Positions 23,173-30,010 of a stretch of DNA of 60,778 nt are shown here, in pieces. Source of the DNA: Armatimonadota bacterium (GTDB taxonomy: Bacteria > Armatimonadota > JAAZEB01); contig JAAZEB010000080.1 of assembly GCA_012512505.1 (NCBI GenBank), positions 1-60,778 on the forward strand, given 5' to 3'. Both the position numbers and the translations under genes were made by a program. Positions within the stretch are counted from its first letter, which is position 1; each line of letters begins with the position of its first letter. The notes beneath the pieces are model-generated. The model was not told the DNA's origin, did no database searches, and saw only the letters and a program-made list of their open reading frames with translations.

Positions 23173-24417
23173 TCACTGGAGGCGGTAGAGCCGCTCGCCG
23201 GCCTGGGGCACGAGCAGGATCCCCTCCGCCTCGCGGCCGGTCCACTCCTCTGGGCGGAAAGTAGCCGGGTCGCGGTAGCCCAGCGTGGCCCGCGCGCACA
23301 CCTCGCGGGGAATGCCGGTCGCCAGGACCACGTTCACCCGCGGGCGCTCCACGCCGTTGAGGTAGGTGCCATCCCCTTTCACCAGGGTGGAGTGTGCCAG
23401 GATGCACCCCGGCACCGACTGGTACTCTTCCCAGCGCGCCAGGAAGTAGTCGCGCACGTGGTAGCCGCTGCGTTCGAGGAGCGCGCCGTGGGTGTAGGAG
23501 AAACAGCGAACCCGGGGAGCGTAGATGATCACCGTGCCGCCATCGGCCACCACCGGCTCCACCTTGTACATCCCCTTGCCGGCCGTCCACAGGTCCTCGT
23601 ACATGGCCGGCATCACGGAGACGACGGTATGGAAAGGCCGCGCCACGCGCGTCACGTGAACCCGCGCCGAGAGCGCGGCGGCCGCCGCCTGAGACTCCTC
23701 CGGGGTGCCGAAGTAAAGGCCGTGCAGGTGTTGGGGATCGGCGGTGACCAGGCTGAGGCACCAGCGGGGCACCCGGAGCGCTTGCGCGGCCCGGTCCACC
23801 ACGGCACGAACCGGGTTTGGCTGCCGGCCGATGAGGGCGCGGTTGGTGATCAGCGCCGAGAGCCAGTGGAAGCAGTGGATCACCGCGGGGCCGGAGACGC
23901 CGGGGAAGAGGTACTTATTGCCGCCGGAGAAGCCCATCGCCTCGTGGGGAAAGACGGGGCCACAGAGGAGGAGGCGGTCATACTCCAGCAGGCGCGCGTT
24001 GATCTGCACCGGCACGTCGCGCGAGAGCCGGCCGCCGGTCAGCGCCGCCAACTCGGCGGCAGGGATGGTGCCAAGGGTAGTGAGATCACGGCGCCAGTCA
24101 TGCTGGAAGATGCCGACGTGGCGGTAGGTGCTGGCGCGCTGCTCGGGGGTGATGCCCAGGTGGCGGTAGAGCTGCGCCTCGCTCATCGGCGGGTGGGTGC
24201 CGAGGGCCACCAGGAAGTCGAGGCGAGCGGCCACGCGGCCCAGCAGCTCCACCAGCAAGCGAAAACAGAGCGGGAGCGGCCCGGAGCGCGTGCCATCCGG
24301 GATGATGACGAGGACGCGCTTCCCCGCCGCCTCAATCTGCGCCACGCCCGCCTCCAGCAGTGCCCGTATCTCCGGCTCGGTCAGGTGCCGGTCCTCACTC
24401 CCCACGCCCAGGAGCAT
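23173..24417 (-). CDS. LarA-like (lactate racemase / DUF2088 family) protein
   Basis: ATG at 24417 opens MLLGVGSEDRH. It contains VIIPDGTRSGP, ALGTHPPM and FPHEAMGFSGGNKYLFPG, which are typical of the nickel-pincer-dependent LarA family. The remainder of the 952-aa ORF is antisense to the next gene and is rejected. Confidence 0.8.
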   Translation of the reverse strand: MLLGVGSEDRHLTEPEIRALLEAGVAQIEAAGKRVLVIIPDGTRSGPLPLCFRLLVELLGRVAARLDFLVALGTHPPMSEAQLYRHLGITPEQRASTYRHVGIFQHDWRRDLTTLGTIPAAELAALTGGRLSRDVPVQINARLLEYDRLLLCGPVFPHEAMGFSGGNKYLFPGVSGPAVIHCFHWLSALITNRALIGRQPNPVRAVVDRAAQALRVPRWCLSLVTADPQHLHGLYFGTPEESQAAAAALSARVHVTRVARPFHTVVSVMPAMYEDLWTAGKGMYKVEPVVADGGTVIIYAPRVRCFSYTHGALLERSGYHVRDYFLARWEEYQSVPGCILAHSTLVKGDGTYLNGVERPRVNVVLATGIPREVCARATLGYRDPATFRPEEWTGREAEGILLVPQAGERLYRLQ

Positions 24418-24615
24418 CGCGCCTCCTCCGCTACCGGCGGTCCCGGTTGCTTTCCGGTGCCGACCACTGTAAGGACGTTCGCGAGCGGTCACCTCGCTCC
24501 CCCCAGCGTTGAGTGTTGGGTTCAGGAATGGGAGTAGGATCTGCAGGACGCGGGCCGGGGAGGCAGGCAGGGATCGGCCGCGCGGCCCGGGAATAGGCAC
24601 GGGGAGGGCCGACGG

Positions 24616-26418
24616 ATGACTGTGACCCGGGCTATCGCCTGCGTGCTCTGCGCCGTGCTGGGCGCCGCCAGCGCCCGTGCCGCCGAGGTGGTGATCATGC
24701 CGGAAGGCGACGAGCGGCGGGTGCAGACCTCGCGCTACGAGGCCAGGATCGGCCGGGATGGCTGCTTCACCAGCCTGAAGGTGGCCGGCATGGAGTTCTT
24801 CACCACGAGTGAGTCCGGGCCGCGCGGCGCCTACTTCTATCAAGATGCCCTGATCCCGCTGCCGGAGGTGACCCAGCCGGACGACCACACCGTGGTGGCG
24901 ACCAGCGAGAAGGCTTCCGCGCGTTACCAGTTCGCGCCGGACCGCCTCACCTGGACCCTCACGAACGCCACGGCGAAGGCGATGGTCTTTGTCATCGTCT
25001 TCGACCCGGCGGTGAAGGCGGGGATGGACGACACGGGTCGGTTTGAGCAGGCACCGGCCTTGCTTGGGTGGAAACTCTCTACCTGGTTCCGCGGCCGGGC
25101 CAACGTGCGCCTCACCGGCAGCACCCGCCTCTGGCCCTGGAACGGCCAGCACCAGGTCTGGGAGGTTGGCCTTGGCCCGAAGGAGACCCGCACCGTGACA
25201 CTCGAGATCGGAACAGCAACAGACGAGGAGATCGAGCAGGCCGCCGAAGTGGCGCAAGCCCCTCCCCCACCCCCGCCCACCGACCCCGTTGGGCCGATGT
25301 GGGACCTGAAGGCGCTCTCGAAGCCGCCGCGCGTCTACCCGGCCGAGGAGTTCGTGGAGGAGGGCGTGCAGGCGCTCTTCTTCGAGGGCGTGCCCTACCG
25401 GGGAAAGCCGACGCGCGTCTTCGCCTGGCTCGGCCTGCCGCGGGTAGCGCCGGGCCAGAAGGTGCCCGGCATGGTGCTGGTGCATGGCGGCGGCGGCACA
25501 GCCTTTGCCGAGTGGGTGCGCCTGTGGACCGGGCGCGGCTACGCGGCGATTGCCCTGGACACCTGCGGCTGCGTGCCCAAAGGCACCTATGGCAACTGGG
25601 AGCGCCACCCCCACGGCGGCCCGCCAGGGTGGGGCGGCTTCGACCAGCTCGACTGGCCGCGTGAGGACCAGTGGACCTACCACGCCGTGGCCGATGCCAT
25701 CCTGGCGCACTCGCTGCTGCGCTCGCTGCCGGAGGTGGATCCCCAGCGCATCGGTGTTACCGGGATCTCCTGGGGCGGCTACCTCACCTGCATCATCGCC
25801 GGCGTCGACCCGCGCTTCCGGCTGGCAGTGCCGGTCTACGGCTGCGGCTACACGCTGGACATGGCGTTCGCCTCCGCGGTGACCTCCCAGGGGGAGGAGC
25901 GGGCGCGGCGCTGGATGCGCTGGTGGGATCCCTCGGTCTACCTGGCAGACGCGGCGATGCCGATGCTGTGGGTGACCGGGAGCAACGACTTCGCCTATAC
26001 GCTGAACGCGCTGCAGCAGTCGTACCGTCAACCGAAGGGGAGCCGCACGCTGTGCATCCGCCTACGGATGCCGCATGGGCATGGCGGCCCCGGCGAGAAC
26101 CCGGAGGAGATCCGCGTCTTTGCCGACAGCATCCTGCGCGACGGCGAGCCGCTGCCCACGATCACCGCTCAGGGGCGGGAGGGAGAGCGCGTCTGGGCCA
26201 CCTACCAGAGCCAGCGCCCGGTGGTGAAGGCGGAGCTGAACGTGACGAAAGACCTGGGCGCCTGGCAAGAGCGCCACTGGGAGGCTCTTCCCGCCCAGCT
26301 TGAGGCGAACGGGCGGGTGACGGCCACGCTGCCGGCCGGCGTCACCGTCTACTACCTGAACCTCTACGACGACCGCGACTGCGTCGTCAGCACCGAGCAC
26401 GTGGAACTGGCACGATAG
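24616..26418 (+). CDS. Secreted alpha/beta hydrolase (acetyl-xylan-esterase / dienelactone-hydrolase-like) with an N-terminal beta-sandwich domain
   Basis: It has the signal peptide MTVTRAIACVLCAVLGAASARA, the motif VLVHGGGGTAFAEW and the nucleophile elbow GISWGGY. Confidence 0.8.
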   Translation: MTVTRAIACVLCAVLGAASARAAEVVIMPEGDERRVQTSRYEARIGRDGCFTSLKVAGMEFFTTSESGPRGAYFYQDALIPLPEVTQPDDHTVVATSEKASARYQFAPDRLTWTLTNATAKAMVFVIVFDPAVKAGMDDTGRFEQAPALLGWKLSTWFRGRANVRLTGSTRLWPWNGQHQVWEVGLGPKETRTVTLEIGTATDEEIEQAAEVAQAPPPPPPTDPVGPMWDLKALSKPPRVYPAEEFVEEGVQALFFEGVPYRGKPTRVFAWLGLPRVAPGQKVPGMVLVHGGGGTAFAEWVRLWTGRGYAAIALDTCGCVPKGTYGNWERHPHGGPPGWGGFDQLDWPREDQWTYHAVADAILAHSLLRSLPEVDPQRIGVTGISWGGYLTCIIAGVDPRFRLAVPVYGCGYTLDMAFASAVTSQGEERARRWMRWWDPSVYLADAAMPMLWVTGSNDFAYTLNALQQSYRQPKGSRTLCIRLRMPHGHGGPGENPEEIRVFADSILRDGEPLPTITAQGREGERVWATYQSQRPVVKAELNVTKDLGAWQERHWEALPAQLEANGRVTATLPAGVTVYYLNLYDDRDCVVSTEHVELAR

Positions 26419-26430
26419 GAGGCCCCCCTA

Positions 26431-26612
26431 CCCCCCCGATTCCGGGGGGGAACTGGTTGGGTGGCCCTCCGAAGCCGGGGGGTCCAACCAGCGTCTCCCC
26501 CCGATCTCGGGGGGCCGGGGGGGCTTCACGGGTAGCCCTCCCCCCCGAAGCCGGGGGGCTTCCAACCAGCGTCTCCCCCCGATCTCGGGGGGCCGGGGGG
26601 GCTTCACGGGCA
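26431..26612. repeat. G7/C7 hairpin followed by a tandem pair of units of about 71-78 nt, each rich in poly-C/poly-G hairpins
   Basis: The hairpin cccccccgattccggggggg lies at 26431-26450. The units at 26464-26534 and 26535-26612 share ccaaccagcgtctccccccgatctcggggggccgggggggcttcacggg. The element lies between convergent genes. Confidence 0.85.
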
Positions 26613-26695
26613 GCCCAGAGCATGCTCGCGGGGCGTAAGCATCATGCCGACCTGGCGTCTCCCTCAAGCCATGGTGCCACACCGACCGCGACCCA

Positions 26696-27970
26696 TCAAC
26701 GGCGCGGCGCCAGGCGGTTCGGACGCGACCAGATGATGCGGGCGATGAAGGCGCTGCCGTCCGCCCCACGCGCATCCGGCCTGTCGCTCATGATGTACTC
26801 CGCGTCGGTCACCCACGACTCTCGGGGGCTAATGGCGCACGCCCCGAAGTTCCCAAGCATGGCGCCCCGCTCCGGGATGAGCACACGCTCGGTGTCGCGC
26901 AGCACGCAGAGGCGTTCGGGGTCGACGCGCGCGATGAAGATCGGGGCGCGGCTGCGGGGAATGTGGTCGTTGTTAGCCCCGCGCCGGGTGTAAGAGAGGT
27001 AGAGGCCGTCGCTGTGCGCCACCCAGTGCTGCTGCGTGTTGTAGCTGCCTAGCTCGGTGCCGTCATCAAAGACCCAGGGCTGGATGGCTCGGTAGTGCAG
27101 GCCATCCTCGCTCACCGTCACATAGCCCTTGACGTCGTTCCGAATCGTGAGGTAATAGCGGCCGCCGAAGAAGGCGACGGAGGGCTCGCAAAGGCCGCGC
27201 TCCACGTTCAGCTCCATCACGTTGCCGTGCCGTAGGCACTTCAGTTCCTGCCCATCGAAGGCACACTGCGCCACCGTCACCGCCATCGGCTCGTTCGCGT
27301 TGCGGCCGATGTACAGGGGCACCAGCAGCGTGCCGTCCGGCTGCACCAACCACTGGGCGCAGGCGCTGCGCGCGTAGTCAAACTGCTTGTCCGGGGGCAT
27401 CTCCAGCCGTTTCCAGCGAGACCACGCACCCGTCCGCGGGTCGTGAACGGCGTAGGCCGTCTGGTGCGCCCGGTGGGTATCCTCGAGCTGGTCGCCGCCC
27501 TGGTTGTAGCGCACCTGGGCGCCAATGGCGATCAGCCTGCGTGTCTGCGGATGCCAGCCGGGCGTCACGTCGGCCACGGCGACGGTGACGCCGTTCGGCT
27601 CGTGCACCCACCCCAGCTCCGGCACCTCGGTTGGGCCGGTCCAGGTCTTGCCCAGATCGTCACTGCGCATTGTGTAAAGGCCTGAGTAGTGATCCGAAGC
27701 CCTCAGGTGCTTCTGCAGCGTGACGATGACCGCCGGGTGGCCGTCGCGGCCGGCGCCCGGGATCGCCGCGGCTCGCGGGTGGAACCAGCAGAACTCAGGG
27801 CTCAGCTCCCGGTGAAGCACGTCCAGCCTCACGTCGAAGTCCAGCTTCTGCATCCTCTTCCTCTCCGCAGGCCGGGCATGCCCCGGCATCGCCGCCGCGG
27901 CGAGCACGACGGCGGCGACGGCCAGCAGCCCGCCAACGCGCAGCAGCTCCCTGTCCCTCATCCAGCGCAT
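26696..27970 (-). CDS. Secreted sialidase-fold (BNR/Asp-box) glycoside-hydrolase-like protein
   Basis: It has a signal/anchor LLAVAAVVLAAAAMPGHA and the Asp-box SDDLGKTW. Length and beta-rich composition are consistent with a six-bladed propeller. Confidence 0.65.
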   Translation of the reverse strand: MRWMRDRELLRVGGLLAVAAVVLAAAAMPGHARPAERKRMQKLDFDVRLDVLHRELSPEFCWFHPRAAAIPGAGRDGHPAVIVTLQKHLRASDHYSGLYTMRSDDLGKTWTGPTEVPELGWVHEPNGVTVAVADVTPGWHPQTRRLIAIGAQVRYNQGGDQLEDTHRAHQTAYAVHDPRTGAWSRWKRLEMPPDKQFDYARSACAQWLVQPDGTLLVPLYIGRNANEPMAVTVAQCAFDGQELKCLRHGNVMELNVERGLCEPSVAFFGGRYYLTIRNDVKGYVTVSEDGLHYRAIQPWVFDDGTELGSYNTQQHWVAHSDGLYLSYTRRGANNDHIPRSRAPIFIARVDPERLCVLRDTERVLIPERGAMLGNFGACAISPRESWVTDAEYIMSDRPDARGADGSAFIARIIWSRPNRLAPRR

Positions 27971-28173
27971 CGTTGCTCCCCTGCTTTGCCGCGCCCGAAC
28001 ATCTCGCGCAGCAACGGCCGGCCGCGGCGGTAAGCCTCGGCGCAGGCGCTCGGGTCCAGGTTGAACTCCCGGATCGGCACGCCGGTCACCGCCCGCAGCG
28101 CCCCTTGCGAGCCGCCCACCGACCAGGTGAAGCCGGCCTCCCGCCGGGCAGTCTCGTAGTCTGGCTTAGGCAT
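27958..28173 (-). CDS. Short ORF: possible gene remnant or translationally coupled small protein
   Basis: The 71-aa ORF starts with ATG and has genome-typical GC3 bias over about 60 codons. Its stop overlaps the start of the downstream gene (ATGCGCTGGATGA). I recognise no motif. Confidence 0.3.
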   Translation of the reverse strand: MPKPDYETARREAGFTWSVGGSQGALRAVTGVPIREFNLDPSACAEAYRRGRPLLREMFGRGKAGEQRCAG

Positions 28174-28237
28174 CTGCGGCTTCGCCTGTCATGGCCGGCC
28201 GGCATCAGCACCACGCAGAGGCTGGCGCTCCCGGGGG

Positions 28238-29887
28238 CTACTTCACCACCACGCCGCTCACCCAGGCGTTCGTCTTGATGCGCGGGTCTCCCGGTACCAG
28301 GCGCTTGCCGTTGATCACCACGTTGTCGAAGGTGACGCCCTCGATGGGGCTTTCCGGTCCCTCGGCGATCAGGACCACGTCGGTGTTGCGGCAGTTGAGC
28401 ACCTGCACGTTGCGGAAGAGCACGTCGCGGATGGCGCCGCTCGGCTGCTCGCGCTTGGGCGGGTTCAGCAGCTCGTAGGGCGAGTCCGGTTTCGTGGGGC
28501 ACTCCAGGTGCCAGTCATCCCAGTTGTTGATCACCTTCAGCGCCGGCCGGCGCGGGCCGCGCACGTCCTCGATCACGATGTTCTCGAAGCGGAAGCCGCG
28601 CGCGCTCCCCCGCCCGGTCAGCTTCAAGCCGGCCACCGGGCAAACCGACATGTCGTCTGTCGAGTGGATCACCGTGCAGTTCTCGTAGACGACGTTCTCG
28701 ATGCCGCCGTCCGACTCGTGCATCAGCCCGAGGCTGCCCCCCACGTCGTTCCACACCACGCAGTTGCGGAAGGTGACGTTGCGTTGGGGGATCCATACCT
28801 TCACCTGCAGGCTGTCGTCGGCGTTGTGGGTGAAGCAATCTTCCACCAAGGCGTCGGAGGTGCCGCCGATCGGAATGCCATCGTTGTTCACGTAGTGGCC
28901 GACGATCTTCACGTTGCGGATGTGCACCCGCTGGCAGTTGGTGGTGTAGATCGACCAGACGGCCGCTTCGCGGATGATGATCCCCTCGATCGTCAGGTCC
29001 TCGGCCCACTCGTTGCGGATCAGGTGGCCGCGCTGGAACTGCTCCAGCGCCTTACGCCCGCAGAGGATGCCCCGGCCGCGGATCGTCACGTTCTTCTTCC
29101 CACTGCTGTGGAAAAGGCCCGGCGCCCAGTAGGTATCCACCCCATAGTTCTGGTGGAGGCTGCCGGCCGGCAGCTTTTCCGGCGGGCTTGGCTTCAGGCT
29201 CACGATGGCACCGCCGGCGATGTAAACCGTCTCGCCGCTCTGCAGCTCCACCTCGCTTGCCTCGTGGTAGCCGGGGCCGTAGTAGCGCACCTTCGGGTCG
29301 TTCGGGTCCGGCACGTCCTTCTCCAACGGGTTGGCGAAGAGGTGCAGCGGGTGCCGAATTGCGCCGCCCGGCTCGATGCTGAGCTGGCACGGCTTCTGGA
29401 TGCGGAAGCGGATGCGGCCATCGCGCACCCGCGGACGGATCCCATGGGAGAGTGGCCGTACCACCACGCGGGAGGTATCCAGACCCGCTTCCTTGAGCCC
29501 CTCCAGGAAGCGCACCTCCACCTCCACCTCGCCCTCGTGGTCGAAGCTGCAGAAGGTAACCGGCGAGACCGGCCGCCCGGCAATCGTCGTCTTCGACTCC
29601 GGGTCGAAGCGGTAGGAGGTGTAGCAGAACACCGGCCGGCCGTTGACGTGCACCGCGTAATCCTTCGAGGCGGGCTCGCCCGGCGGCGCGGGATAGGTGA
29701 TCAGGCGTGAGGGGCGCTCGGCAGCACGCTCCGCCGGCGCTGACACGGTAGACATGAGACCTCCTGCAATCAGAACGGCCGCCAGCGCGGCCAGGGCCGT
29801 CAGGGCGCGGCGCCCCCCGCCGGACACCACGATGCTCTCGCGGTTGAGCCGCCGCCGGGGGCGGCCGGGTGACACACCACTGCGCAT
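28238..29887 (-). CDS. Right-handed beta-helix glycoside hydrolase, GH28-like
   Basis: It shows repetitive beta-helix coils with the motifs NNDGIPIGG and HNADDSLQVKVW. The N-terminal GGGRRALTALAALAAVL resembles a Tat/Sec signal. The start is ambiguous between 29887 and 29932. Confidence 0.7.
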   Translation of the reverse strand: MRSGVSPGRPRRRLNRESIVVSGGGRRALTALAALAAVLIAGGLMSTVSAPAERAAERPSRLITYPAPPGEPASKDYAVHVNGRPVFCYTSYRFDPESKTTIAGRPVSPVTFCSFDHEGEVEVEVRFLEGLKEAGLDTSRVVVRPLSHGIRPRVRDGRIRFRIQKPCQLSIEPGGAIRHPLHLFANPLEKDVPDPNDPKVRYYGPGYHEASEVELQSGETVYIAGGAIVSLKPSPPEKLPAGSLHQNYGVDTYWAPGLFHSSGKKNVTIRGRGILCGRKALEQFQRGHLIRNEWAEDLTIEGIIIREAAVWSIYTTNCQRVHIRNVKIVGHYVNNDGIPIGGTSDALVEDCFTHNADDSLQVKVWIPQRNVTFRNCVVWNDVGGSLGLMHESDGGIENVVYENCTVIHSTDDMSVCPVAGLKLTGRGSARGFRFENIVIEDVRGPRRPALKVINNWDDWHLECPTKPDSPYELLNPPKREQPSGAIRDVLFRNVQVLNCRNTDVVLIAEGPESPIEGVTFDNVVINGKRLVPGDPRIKTNAWVSGVVVK

Positions 29888-30010
29888 CAGCCGGTACTCC
29901 CTTCCCACCAGCAACGTTCGACCGGGGGGCACGGCTCCCCTCCCCGTTCCCTCGCCGCCGACAAAGCCACCGGCAGGCGCGGATAGAAAAGCACCCCGAT
30001 GGGTAGTGGA

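Noticed and set aside
24418-26031. N-terminal 538 codons of the 952-aa minus-strand ORF
   Set aside because: This part is antisense to the secreted hydrolase gene (signal peptide, GxSxG). The LarA-like homology begins only at the ATG at 24417.
26431-26612. CRISPR array?
   Set aside because: There are two adjacent units without spacers. The units are 71-78 nt, too long for CRISPR repeats, and no cas genes are present.
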